A stretch of 54,265 nucleotides of DNA, filler included, from Sphacelaria rigidula (GCA_964200075.2; 4 parts of 4 records of this genome joined end to end with filler, not necessarily neighbours in it), one strand, 5' to 3'; counted from the first letter of the whole stretch, positions 11,801-24,273 are shown. A program made the numbers and translations. The notes: generated by a model from the letters alone, not told the origin.

Positions 11801-12734
11801 TTCAAAAATGCGATCTTCGCCCGATTGCGAGAGCCTTTGCGCGCTGATCACCAGTTTGCGGTAGCGTATTCTCCGTGGTCTAACGGCACGTGCGAACGCA
11901 TGGTCAAGGAAGTAGTTCGTGCTCTTCGCTCCATTCTTCTCGAGCAGCGTAGAGCGGTTTCCGAGTGGGTGGACGTGTTGCCGGCGGTGCAATGGGTGCT
12001 TAATACAGCGTATCGTCGTCGTTACGATAGTACGTCGTACCACGTGATGTTTGGTCGTACCCCTCGGACGTCCTCCTCGGTGCTGGCGTCTTCGTCGGCG
12101 GGGGAATGGAAGTGTGATGTTCTGGACTATGTTCAAATTAAGAGTGCATTGCAAGGAGTCTTGGACTTGCAAGAACGGTTCCACGTTCAAGTGCAGGAAT
12201 GTGTTGTCGCTGAACGTGCGCGTAGACGTGAGGGGTCCTCGTCGGGGCTGGAATTGCCGAATTTTGTGGTAGGCGACTATGTCTTGTATGCACGCGTGCG
12301 TCTTCCGGGTGTTACGCCCAAGTTGGTGGCGACGTGGACTGGTCCATGGACAGTGGTTGGTGCTCACCACCCGCACGTGTTTGAGATTCAGAACATTTTT
12401 TTGGGTCGTGTTCAGACCGCCCATGTAGCTCGTTTGTGTTTTTATGCCGACTCGCAGGTTAATGTTACGGCTAACGTTGAGGACGTGTTCCAGCATGTTT
12501 TCAATCAAGGGCAATTTCAGATGGCTAGTATTGTCCGAGTGGCAGAAGCAGACGGTCGTTCGTTGATCGTATTGGTCGACTGGGTTGTTTTCGAAGTTGA
12601 GGAGCGTACGTGGGAGCCTTTCAAGGATATTTTTTGAGGCCGCTCCGGAATTTCTTACAAAGGAATTGCGTAAATTGCGCGTGACTCGTGCCGTTGCTGC
12701 TCGCATTACGAGTGAGTTTGGTATTCAGTTGTGA
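8897..12734 (+). pseudogene. pol: pol (protease, RT, RNase H, integrase, chromodomain), disrupted
   Basis: PR-like SVLNSGA (catalytic D changed to N). RT motifs WSSPVLVIPKK, DYKAVN, DLLQGYWQMPL, RVPQG, and IWVVD where WVDD is expected. RNase H motifs FTDHRNL and GDRNAWGDLLSR. Integrase HHCC (AHMRDAGH..CLHC), VHFDF, WVSD and PWSNGTCER. GPY/F-like WTGPW and chromodomain-like VLVDWVVFEVEERTWEP. Confidence 0.95.
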
Positions 12735-12808
12735 CTTACTCATCGTTTTGGCGTTTTTTATCTGTCAAGGTTGTTGATCGATTTTTGCCCAACGCACTTT
12801 GGGGGTGC

Positions 12809-13067
12809 TGTGACGAAAATACGCCGTTACGTTGAGTTGGTAGTGATGATATGGATCAAGACTGGGGGCACGGGGATTCTGGAGGGTTCTGGATAATGAC
12901 CGGGGACACGGAGATGGTATCTGCGGGACTAGAAAAGCTGGTGCCTTGGAAGGTCACTCCGTGATAATGATATGTTGTGAAGGCTGACAACTGAAACTGA
13001 GGCCAGTAAGACTGGGGAGTCCCTCAACAGCGGTGATCCACCAGCCCTTCTTCTGGCTGGCGTCACA
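12809..13067 (+). repeat. 3' LTR, 259 bp, complete
   Basis: Starts TGTGACG and ends CGTCACA (7-bp terminal inverted repeat, TG...CA). It follows the G-rich tract. Confidence 0.93.
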
Positions 13068-13132
13068 GCCCACATATACCGAAAGATGGAGACCGGTGTC
13101 TAGAATAGATGGGACGGCAACCCACAACACAA
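13068..13132 (-). repeat. Half copy of a dispersed repeat family (see 41357 and 43575), cut by the LTR insertion
   Basis: GCCCACATATACCGAAAGATGGAGACCGGTGTCTAGAATAGATGGGACGGCAAC matches 43733-43790 and the reverse complement of 41360-41417. Confidence 0.85.
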
Positions 13133-13493
13133 ACAGTACAGACAGGACAGTACTGTCTGTGTGCATTCATTAGGTGTAAGAAAGGCTTAAAAAACCATCC
13201 ATCCATAGTAGCCCTAATATTTCAGGAAACGGAACGCTGCACAAGGGAAGGACCTGGGGGGAGAAAGTAAAAGAGAGAAAGTGAGGGATGGTACAGTAAA
13301 ATGGAGAACGTACTATTTGAGTTGTCAACCCTGAGAGTGGATTGCATCGCCTGTTTTATTTGCTTGCGGTGTGCTTCTAGCACCAGGATGGAGAAATGCT
13401 CCGGACGTGGAAAGGTGCAGACTTTTTCCAATAGTTAACAACAAATTGTGCGAATTGAGGTTTAGCTCCGAGATGAGGTTCAAGCCTAAAACA

Positions 13494-13593
13494 NNNNNNN
13501 NNNNNNNNNNNNNNNNNNNNNNNNNNNNNNNNNNNNNTTAATTAATTAANNNNNNNNNNNNNNNNNNNNNNNNNNNNNNNNNNNNNNNNNNNN
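13494..13593. other. Artificial contig spacer (N44-TTAATTAATTAA-N44)
   Basis: 100-bp N block with a central TTAATTAATTAA, which puts stops in all six frames. It is identical to the other two spacers. Confidence 0.98.
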
Positions 13594-13692
13594 CCTGTTC
13601 TTGTTGGTGGCGGTGTGCGGCGGGGCGGCTCAGATAACAGCCGGGGCTAGCCCATAATCGTTAACTCCCCCCCCCCCCCCCCTCCAACTCAC

Positions 13693-15114
13693 CGCGGCAC
13701 GGGACGCTTGTAGAGGAACAGCAGCTTGAACGTGTCCGCCTTGATCTCAACAAACGTTGTTATCACGCTGCCACACACAACAAGCGATAACAAGCGATAA
13801 CAAGCAATAGGGAACACAACCCGACGAAGCGACACGATCGAAAAAAGCAGGCGAGAAGCAAACGCGGAGACGGAGATGGGAAGGTCAGGTGACGGGAGGG
13901 GAAGGAGGAGGAAGACAAGGGGGAAGAGAAGGAAGGAACAGAAGCGCCGATCGGGAAAATGGCGCGTTAAAAAAACTACACACGGTCAAACCAAAATTTC
14001 TCTCCCAGGAGTGCACGTAGCACGTAAACAGGATACCGTAAAAACGGTCGTTCATAGATATGCTGTACCACTCCCGAGCTGTGATATTTTGGTACCCGAG
14101 GTGTCATCATCCAGGAATGGTACTATTTCTAGTGGGGGGGGAAGGGGGGAGTACTACGTACAGTTCACAAATAGTGGGGGCCCCACGTACGTTTCACAAA
14201 AAGTGAGGTCCTCCTCTAGTGCAGGTTCCACACCACAGTGCGGTCAAAATCACTCGTCGTAGTTCCGATCCGCTATACTAATGCCAGGGGTTTGGGGCCC
14301 CAGCATGGTGCGGTCATGCCGGGCGGGCGACCCACCGCGCTATCCTGAGACCCCCACTGTGCACTCTATTCTACTGTAGAGCTCGACCGTGCGCTCCCGG
14401 AGATCGGACACAACTTTCGAAGTTGACACTTTTTCTGCAAAGTCAGAGCGGGCGTCAAAAAGATCGCGCGGGGTGCGGGCGCCATTCTACGCGGCGACGT
14501 GATGTCGATGACGGGGCAAACATCTAAGGAACCGCAAGACGGAGCCGATTTCCACTAAAGTAATACAGAAAGGGGCGTAATTAGTACCTGTTCGCATGAC
14601 TGTGGCCTGATACTGTAGGCAACAAACACGTGTCGCTATCGATACGTGCGGTCAGTTTGCCTGACGTTTCTCTCTCGCGTGCAGTGGAGGTACCCTGTAT
14701 TCTTCCCTGCAAATGAGAGTTGTATACTGTAGATTCCCGATGAGGTCTCCAAAGATTTCCACGGTACAACCCAAGTAAAGTTTCTGCCGCATTGACTCTC
14801 TGAGCCTTGATCGTGGACGATTCACCTGAAAAGTGCCTCCTTCTACACCCTGAGACAACATAATAACACGGGGTACCTGGGGACAGGCAGCGGATCTTGC
14901 CTCGAGCTTTTGCACTCGGTGTACAGATTGCGTGAGGTTTGTACTAGGTGCAGTAGCACAGCTGGGGGTTCCGTTATGTTTCCGTACACAGTTGCCACTC
15001 CACAGAAACGGATAAGGTATAGCAATTGGCTAATTGACGGATCCATTACCTGAGCACGGACGCGAAGGGAAACGCCGACGCGAATAGAGTCATGTACCCG
15101 TACTGGATCACCAT
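13693..15114 (-). CDS. Anoctamin/TMEM16-family protein, two internal exons (15050-15114 and 13693-13767)
   Basis: Both exons have AG/GT borders and compatible phase 2. Spliced, they read MVIQYGYMTLFASAFPFASVLS-VITTFVEIKADTFKLLFLYKRPVPR. This matches the anoctamin signature (E)MVIQFGYVTLFASAFPLA...EIRxDAxKL....RP.P. The gene is partial and runs off the contig's left end. Confidence 0.9.
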
Positions 15115-16845
15115 CTGTCCATAAAAGTGCGATTAGTGGAAGTGGGACGGACGGCGACGATGAGGCAAGGGAAAGAGGGGCGGGGGGAGTTGAAACAGAA
15201 TGCCATGACCCAAGCATGGACTATTTAAACAAAATTGAATACGCGAGGTGGCAATATGAGGACACCGCTGCCGCTGCCGTGCAGAAAAAAACAAACGTGC
15301 TCTGCTGTTTCACCCTTTTCGAACCCTCCCCTCCTGTCCCCTGGCCAAACGCCTTAATATGATAAGCCCTGACGAAGAGGAAAACATGGAAACAGAATAG
15401 GTCGACGGCAACCATTTTTATAATGGAAGCCCGGAGAAAAATATCCTCCCTGGAGAATTTGGGTAAGGTTTGTCCAATCATACCACGCAACGGATGGAGT
15501 GTGTCCAATTATATCCATCGACAATAATCAGCAAAACCACTATGAAACATTCCATTCAAAAAACAGCAATGGGCTCCAGGGTCCAACCTGGCACGCCAGG
15601 GTCCAACCTGGCACGTTTGTACATTAGCATTTGGACATAAGGGAAGCACCGCTTTGACGGGCTGCAGCATCGGGTGGCGAGTTTGCCAAGCCACACCGTA
15701 CATACAGCACAGTATGGCTGAACCCAGCGAAATCCCGTCACCACATGTGGAAGGCACAGTGGGTTGTGCGGGCGGTACATGGCGGGTGTAATCGCAGGCG
15801 TCCGAACAGGCGATATACATGTACACGGGAGGGAGCCGACGGACACCGCCTACCGTAATCAGGCCAGATGGAAAACACTACAGTCAGTAAATACGGTAGG
15901 TTACAGTATTGACTTGCGGCTAGACTCCGTGCAAGATAAATATGGGCATGTCGTGAAAAGTCGGCCACGAGAGTAGACGGCACGAGACGATAGCGGTAGC
16001 CGGCGTCATGAATCTCATGCAGCATCAAGTATGTCTATGCAACGGTCGGGATAGATCAACCCGCGGTATAGATGTGGTGGGGCAACTGTGCCTTTCGCTA
16101 CGCCGTTGTGTAATTGTCAGCCCGAAGTATGATGTTGTCGGCACGTACTTGGCAGAGCGCAGTTCTGTGCATGCCCCACGTTTTACAGAGATATTTTCAA
16201 TATACACAACAGACATGACACGAAGCAGTAAGGTATTACCCCTGGGACGACGGCAATTGGCAGACTCTATACCACAGAGACGGTGTATAACTGCAGGGTA
16301 CATGGCGTCTGCGTCGCCTTCCCCATTTTTCAAAGGGCGGGATGGTGCTGTCGGAACCTGCATGGGCGCGATGTAGTGCATGACGTGAGTCTGCAGTCGA
16401 GATTTCCTCAAACTGCTGTAAACACCCCCAGTACTGTACAGGGCAGTGTCGCAGCACCCCCGGCGGGACGGAAAGGTGACTGCCTGGGGTTGCATACCAC
16501 CAGTTCATACATTTAGCGAATGTGCCATCGGCGTTGCCCTTGTTGCTATGACACTGCAAAGAGTATAAACTGCAGCGGGCAGGGCGTGCAGGTCAGGCCG
16601 GAAGCATGCTTCACAGAGGCCTGCCGCGCACTGTGGCCGAGTAAGGACCTCATGAGTGTAGAAAAAAAACCCGACGGATCGAAGCAAGAAAATAGGAAAC
16701 CTTCTCTTGTTCCACTTGTCACTCGTACGGGTCTGAAAATACGCGTTTGGCCAAAATTGTTGCGTCTAAGCTATGAACCATCAACCATATCTTGCTCAAA
16801 AATCGTCAATTGCAAATGATCAATTTTCCATTGTGAGTTCCAAAA

Positions 16846-17138
16846 GGGTTAACGCTACGTAAGGTTTGATTTTTTGGACGGGACAAATGCAACGTAACGT
16901 GATGTAAATGTGGGCCTTGAAGCAGTGTCTCTTGGTGTTTTCCAGATGTAAGAAAAGGTTGTTTTTGGTTAATCTTTAACGTGACACGTTACATATTCAC
17001 GGAAACAAGCAGAGTTTTCGTCACATTTGGAAAGTAAAACGCAATGTTGGGGTTCATGCGAAGGACCACACCTTACATCACGTTACGTTATATATGTCCC
17101 ATCCAAAAAATCAAATCTTACGTAGCGCTAAATGACCC
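16846..17138. mobile_element. MITE with ~65-bp imperfect TIRs (GGGTCA-type ends, possibly PIF/Harbinger-like)
   Basis: CGCTACGTAAGGTTTGATTTTTTGGACGGGACA...ACGTAACGTGATGTAA pairs with TTACATCACGTTACGT...TGTCCCATCCAAAAAATCAAATCTTACGTAGCG. AAA flanks both ends. The superfamily is a guess. Confidence 0.75.
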
Positions 17139-17578
17139 AAAGTTACGTGTTTTCGATTGTGTCACGTTAAAACGTCACGTGTCACGTATCCTCCCCTCGA
17201 AATTTCCCTTCTCGCCGCACTTTCGATCGAAAAAGTGCGATGGAAAACAAAAAATCCAATCTGAGACGTCATGATGTCAACATGAATGACCCTAATTAGC
17301 TAAGGTCACGACCTGTTAGATCGATTTTTTTCCTTTGCCACCGCACATTTTCGCTCGGAAAAAATGTGCGAAAGCTAATTCTTATATGTATAAAAATCTC
17401 TACAAAAAAACGCCTTTTCTGATAAACGACCGATAACCCACTTCTTACGTGATTAGAAAACGCGTTTTTTCATAGAAGCAAATCTTGCAGCATTTTTCGA
17501 AAGCCCGAAGCTATCAGGAAATGACGATTTTCTGATAGCTTTGGGCTAATGAAAAATGTTTTTGACGAAGCGTTTGAG

Positions 17579-18178
17579 ATCACCACCGCTGTGGCTGGTG
17601 CTCGCGGGCAGTCAGCGTATTGCTTCATTGTCCTTTGCTCGTCAGTATCGTGGTGGCCCTCAACCCCCATGAGAAAAGCACAGGGCAGGGTCGATGAGGG
17701 GTGCTGTACAAAGACAGTGTAGTTTGCGCAGTATTGTAGCTCAGTTCAGGTCTGTACATGCAGCGTGTTGCGAACAGTACTCGCAATGCAGTACAGACTG
17801 CTTCCGCACCCAAGACTTGTAAGAGACCAGACCGTACTGGCTGTACACACGAGACCACAGTATAAGTAGTGGTACTGCTGTAGTGTCTACAACGCTCGGG
17901 TGCGTCGGCAGTCCGTTCTGCACTGCGAGTACTGTTCGCAACACGCTTGGGCTTTTACTTATTATGCCAGCACGGTTTTACAAAATAGCGTCCCAAGATT
18001 ATTTTCATGACCGAATTCTTCAAAAAACGTGCAAGCATAAGAGTTTCTGTACAGCACTCGTCATCGACCCTGCCCTGTGCTGTTCTCATGGGGTGAAGGG
18101 CCACCACGCTACCGGCGGGCAAAGGACAATTAAGCAACACGCTCACTGCCCCCGAGCACCGGCACCAACAGTGGTGAT
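17579..18178. mobile_element. Foldback element with ~130-bp inverted arms (17579-17710 / 18048-18178)
   Basis: ATCACCAC...CATGAGAAAAGCACAGGGCAGGGTCGATGA...GTGCTGTACA is mirrored by TGTACAGCAC...TCATCGACCCTGCCCTGTGCTGTTCTCATG...GTGGTGAT. Confidence 0.8.
17762..17947. mobile_element. Small MITE nested in the foldback element
   Basis: Perfect 24-bp TIR AGCGTGTTGCGAACAGTACTCGCA / TGCGAGTACTGTTCGCAACACGCT. Confidence 0.8.
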
Positions 18179-18672
18179 GGCAGCCAAGCCATCACTACGG
18201 CCAATGCATAAACTACCATACTGTGTATAATATTGTTCGTGCTGTCCTTTCAGCCAAGTACTACCGTGCAGTGAAAAAGCACAACTGTCACTTCTACAGT
18301 CAGTGAGTACAGCAAGGCGGTGTCCTTACTGATCGTCCTGCGCCACGCAGTCCACCATGTACTGCTCAGGCAATATATTACAGTAGTACAGACCGACAGT
18401 ACGGACCGTACACCACGACACGACAGTCGAGTGCTGTGTCTCTCTCGCGCGCCCCAGAATTTGAAATGATGCCCACACCCTTCAGAGAAAACGACCAACA
18501 CTGCTTCACCATTTTGATAGTGTCGATCACGTAAGAAGGGTTAGTTGAAATATATCTGTGGAAAATCGTGTGGTTGAAAAACGGCCTTTCTGATAACGTC
18601 GCTTTTTTTACATAAGAAGTAGCCTAAGGCACCTCTCAGTGAAATATATTTTTCGATCAAAAAGTTGCGACG

Positions 18673-18674
<2 letters not shown>

Positions 18675-18708
<34 letters not shown>
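18675..18708. repeat. (AT)n microsatellite
   Basis: Directly visible dinucleotide run. Confidence 0.95.
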
Positions 18709-18710
<2 letters not shown>

Positions 18711-20947
18711 TCTGTTGAATTCCGCTCTGATCAGTCGCCATTCATGTCCACGTCATTTATTCCTCGAATAGCGAGCACCGGCCGGGGACAATTTCGCAGG
18801 TTGACAGTCCGGGGATATCCGGGGGTTTTCAGGGGCCGGGAGGGGGGTGGGGGCCTATTCGCGCAACAGCCGGATAGCGAGTTCACCAAGTCAACCATAT
18901 GCGTTTAGTAGTTTCCCATGCGAACTTCTAACTTGGGCCCAAGAGGTGCGGAGTGACACCTCTGACCAGTCACGGCTACCATAATGGTCACTGTGTCCCC
19001 CTACAGGTGGACTACTTGGTTGTCTAGCCACATTCCTCGTTCTTGTCATGTCAATTCAGCCATAGATAAAAACGTGGGGACAAATATTGTGATTTTTACT
19101 CTTCTCGTGTGTTGCCAGCATAGCTTCACCCTATCTGTAGTGCTCTTGTAGAAGACTAAGCAGAGACATCCAGCAGTATGCAGTAGGCTGTGTTCAGTGG
19201 GGAGAGAGGGCACGTTCACTGTTTCTTGCCGTTGTTTTATCCAGCGAAGACGTGAAGCTCACGTACCAATATTTTCGTGAGATTGAGAGTTCAGCGTGTA
19301 TTGAGAGTGAGTTTTATTTTTCGCTCTAGCTTTTGCAATATTTCATCTGGTGTGTGCTCTTCTTTGCCTGTAACACGGCCGTGTGCTCTCATCTACACGT
19401 CTATATATATCCCACTCAGAGATACCAAAGGCTTCGGTGGCAAGCAGAAAGGAGATCGTTGTTACCTACATGTGTACATTGAGCGTGCTACCTACCCTTA
19501 CATAGACATCAACCATTCAGTTCGTCACTTCCCCAAAGAATCGTGGTCTCCTGCACCGCAAGAGGGTTGTAGGTGCACGACGTCAAGGCAGCCGAACCAC
19601 CGCCGATGACGGAAAACAGGATGGCCGTGGTTCAATCTCCGGGTACTCTCTAGCTATTTGCTTCTCATCACACCCTGTACGACAGCTTACTTACATTGTC
19701 GTCAAAAAAATGTAATGCGTACAGTATCGACGATTGCGTCTATTGCAGCAGGCAATGCATTCGATTCCATGCTGTACGCGGTACATTTTTTGACATTGTA
19801 ATCTAGTCGAGGGTGTGCTTCTTGTAGGTGCATGAAGTTTAGCGCTTGACACACACGGCCGGCAAGGATCCGCTTCATGTTCTACCATACGATAGTGCTG
19901 TATATGTGTTGTCGCATTTTTGGCTGGATGTGGCAAACTATCTCGAAGTATGAGAACAAACGACGCAGTCTCCACCGAGCATTCGCCCCCCCCCCCCCCT
20001 CCCATGCTCCGTCTCGAAAGGGATGCGTGGTCAATGGTCAAACGACTAAGGCAAGCAACAAATGAGTACGCCCCTCCCATCTCCACGCAATCTTGTTGCG
20101 TCTTTGTGCCGAACCTGTGCGGCGTTTCACATGCAGTCTGCAAGGAGACGATTACTACAGCCCTCGCTAGCAACCCTGTGCAATGATCATGGAAAGCTAC
20201 CAATAGCACGTGAGGAGGCAAGATGCGATGCCTGCGACGTCGTCGCTAATGATGTCGAGTGCAAGAGTCGACAGTCGACTTTGAGACCTTCATCTCCGGA
20301 GATCAGGATTTGATCACCGAAGTGAAGGGTTGCCTCACGGAATGCCGAAAAAACACGGCAAGGCAACGCCTCTAATCTTGGACCAGCGGCGTAGGACCTC
20401 CAGCTGTTTTACATCAGTGTAATGAGGACTGACACTTTAAAAACGACCAGGACTGTTTCCATTCCACACGCTGACACGACCCTACATGGTCGATAGTTGC
20501 AATATGCTCATACTTTACACGGTACATTTTCTTTCCATTGCAACTTTCGACCATGAACTGTCCTAGATGTGAAGCATTCGCACAACTCTACACTGATTGC
20601 GACTCGAATTTTCACGATGGGGAAGCGGGCAAGGACGACTTTGGCGAGGTTTTCGTTTCCGCAGCGGTGTACCATTTGTTGGTTTCCATTCCCTCATGTA
20701 TCTCGCGAACCACTGGCGAGAAACAGGCAGGGTGGCAGTATCCGATCATGTTTTTTGTCACCGTGCCTGCGAGTGCGATTTTTCAAGCCGTGCTTGGTTG
20801 AATAGCTGCGGAGGAGCACAGACCATTGGGTACCGCTAGTGCTGAGTAGACGGGTGGAATTTTCTGTATGTACCATAACCGTTCGCTCAACACAGGGCAA
20901 CACTTTTGAACTACAAGTTTAGAGGGGGGATTTGGAACATGACTAGG

Positions 20948-21352
20948 TAGAGCTTGGAAATGGTAACAGTTATAGCTGGCCATTATCATCATAATGGCAT
21001 TGATCATGGTGCTTCTATGGACGATTTAGATAATGGTTTCGAACCATTATTCACCGTTACCGGCTTTATAAGCCGTTGCCGGCTACGTGTGCTACATGCA
21101 GCCCTTGAGAATTGACCCAAATATGCCGTACTTTTTAGCTCTAGTGAAGCCAAATCGCGTAAAAACGTGTCTCCGGCACGGCGCCTCCAGCGGGGCCCTC
21201 CGTCGTGGTCCCCTCTGCCGGGGGGGGGCTTTTTGGCTCGCGGCTGCGCCCCTTGATGACCAAACCATCATAGACCCTTTAACTAGTTCATGAGTGCGCT
21301 ACGCGTAACCATTCAACTGATTAATGGTTTGACGAACCATTTCCGAGCTCTA
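20948..21352. mobile_element. hAT-type MITE, 405 bp
   Basis: TIR TAGAGCTTGGAAATGGT / ACCATTTCCGAGCTCTA (16 of 17 match). An 8-bp TSD TGACTAGG / TGACTTGG (7 of 8 match) is characteristic of hAT. Confidence 0.85.
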
Positions 21353-24216
21353 TGACTTGGAGGTTTCCGGGGGAAATGTTCTGCGTGTACCGCAACCGTT
21401 CGGTCAACACAGTCAACACAGGGCAGCTCTTTCGAACCACGAGTATAAAGGGGGGATTTGCAACATGAATCTTACTGGGAGGTTTTAGAGACTCGGCTTC
21501 GATGAGAAGTTACCAAGGAGATGCTTCCGAGGTGTTACAAATGATTCAGGGATGGAAAAAAAAGAGTGTCTATAACGCCCATCTTTGTCGAAAATGCCCA
21601 CGTCTGTTGACTCAGACGAAATCCGAAGGGACCCGCGTGTTGGCACATTCCACTATAATATGCCCGTAGTGCCTGGTTTTTGCTGTGGAATGTCAAGGTC
21701 GATATCGATATCGACACGAGTTTTGGTGTACTGTCTAGAGATCGGTGTTTGGAGTCCAGGGGAAAGATGCGGTGTCGGTGTGACGTTGAGAGAACAGGGT
21801 CTCCCGAATGTCCACCTGGATAGCCAGCAGCAGAGTGTTTAGACTGGGGTATAACAATATAGCGATGCCGCGTCCAACGCACCATTTAGTCTCTTGTGTG
21901 CACAATTTCTGTTGCTCGAGTGATTTTGACGAAAGCATGTGGGATTTGAACCCGGACATTTACATTTGTTCTGAAATCATTGACGCCACAGAAAGATCTG
22001 AAGTTAATTTGTATTTGCTCCATCCACCAGAGACTGTCGTTATTTTTGCGTGCTTTCTTGAGTGTGTACATGTTCATTTTGTTTGTGGTTTTTGAGAACA
22101 CAAATCGGTATCAGTATTTGTTTATTCACTTATATTATTCATTCTCGTTTTATTTTGTTTTTTTGCGCTACTTTTTTTTCTCTGTCTTCGACATTTGTGT
22201 CAGGAGGGGAGTATGTGGATCGTATGTACGATCCCCCCCCCCCCTACGACGATGCTCCGTCTCATTAGGGATGCGTGGTCAATGGTCAAACGAATAAGGC
22301 AAACAACTAATGAGTACGCCCCTCCCTACGACGCTGCCACGCATTCACTACTGGAGGAGTACGGCATTACTGGTGACTAGCATCTCTCGGGCATATCTAA
22401 CCGCACCGCCAGCTGTTTGTGAACATGTCGGCGAACCGCCGATGTCAAAGCTGATGAACCACTAAATGACCGCAGGATGTTAGGCGTTGGAATACTTTTT
22501 TCCCGATCGAACACTGTTTTTGCAGGTTTTCCGGTTCCCAAGACTCATCAAGATTTCTGTTTGATCCCAAAACTTTGAAAGTCGAGAGATATGAGCACCC
22601 GTCACAGGTTCCGGACAAAACATTCCACCATCCATATTTAAACGAGTTACGGGCTAACCGGTCGTCGGGGTCCCACGAGTGTACAGCCCCAGGTTCTCGC
22701 TCTTGAACATTTTTGCTCAACAAAACCGATCTGGATCGATTCAATGAAAAATCACCGGGTTCATGTTTGGTATGTTCTAAATAAACATCGCGCTATAGGC
22801 GAAAAACTGTGTTTTTTCCATCATGTACGATCAGTAACATGTCCTCGAGAGATGTATTTCTATTCCGCACTGCTCCGACAACACGCAAGTGGGAGTTGTG
22901 CCCTGAGTACACCGTGCTTTTCTTTTCTTTTTAACGCCTACCGACGCTCAAACTTCCGAGTGAAGATGACAATTTGTCTGCGAAAAAAGTCCCGACAAAA
23001 GTGAATTATCTATCTAAACGTTTACTACAGCACCGTATTTCTAGGTTCGGTGTACTGACGACTTCGGTTCGTGGTGCTGTCGAGGAATTGAGCTGATCAG
23101 AAGAAACCTGTCGAACAATTTTTCACCATTTTTCTGGCATACTTTGAAAGACTGATGAGACCTAGATAGCGTAGTTATCGTTTCGCTAACGCGAGGAGGC
23201 AATTTGCGTGGTACTACCGGAATCCATCCGATGAAGTGACGGACTCGTTGGATGTTCTGCACACAAAGGCAAGTTTGAGCCCTTAGAAGTGAAATATTGT
23301 TGAAGCAGCAAACCTCTGGTCTCGGGCCTTTATGGGCTCGGTTGGTTGCCTGATCAATCCGTTGGACCGGTCGTGTCACATGTGGCCCCCATGAAAGGGA
23401 AGCCTGTGCATGTACAGTAACGCAGAATTGGACAATATGTATCCTCCCTTGGTTTGTAAGCGGATCGTTGGGTTTCACACGTGCTCGACGTGGTAGTGGG
23501 CTGACGTTTTTGAACGCATGTTACTGTCTCGACACCACGAGGAAGCAGCACGGCAGCGTCGAAGCCGGGCTCCGGTGTCGAGATGAATGCCCGTCTAAGA
23601 ATTCAGGGCTTGCGTCTCGAGGAACACGCATGATACACGCCGTGTAGCGCGCGGGTTTCTCTGCTGCCTGCGGATCTTTCCTTTAAAAATAAATGTATTA
23701 ATGTTAATTGTCGTGATAAATGTCATCATCACCACGTGTTTCTGAAAAAACAAAATCGGTGTTCCCGCGTCGTCATCGCCGTTTTGCATGCTTCTGTTGT
23801 TCTCTACACGATGCTTCTTCCAGAGGACCCCTCGCCCGAATACGATCATCCCCCGCAACCCGTGGCATTACGAAACCCCGGGTGCTTTTTTGTTATCTGT
23901 CTAGTTCTCAGGGACTAGCAACAATTCAGGCGAGTTACGTATTGCGAGATATTGGGGAAGGGGTGAAGGAGGTAGAGTAACAGTAAACGCACTTCATCGG
24001 AGAGATCCCGCACAGCGCCGTCGTTCCACCTCGGTTCAAGAAACGGTCCACCCGCGATTTTCCCGTCTTTCCCTCGCCTCCGTGCTCTCCTTGTCGTCGC
24101 CGTGACGTTTCATGGCCAACGGGATTTATTCACGGAAACTTGTACCACGTGCACGTTACGCTCGGTGTTTGCTTCGATGTGTTGAAATGGCAAAACGATA
24201 TCTGCGATCATGGCCA

Positions 24217-24232
24217 TGATGATGACGATGGC

Positions 24233-24273
<41 letters not shown>

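Larger units (their letters stand above)
7291..13067 (+). mobile_element. Ty3/Gypsy LTR retrotransposon with chromodomain integrase (chromovirus-type), degenerate
   Basis: Paired LTRs, gag-PR-RT-RH-INT domain order typical of Gypsy, and a G-rich PPT-like GGGGGTGC before the 3' LTR. Many stops and frameshifts. Confidence 0.95.

Noticed and set aside
11612..12706. 364-aa antisense ORF and other long antisense ORFs (25551-26249, 50680-51549)
   Set aside because: They are shadows of real coding sequence on the opposite strand and show no independent motifs.
13538..13549. TTAATTAATTAA as a biological motif or piggyBac site
   Set aside because: It is a synthetic six-frame stop linker within the N spacers.
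16574..16640. RAGR..VRPEACF resembling DEAH helicase motif VI
   Set aside because: It needs a frameshift to assemble, is very short, and no other helicase motif is nearby.
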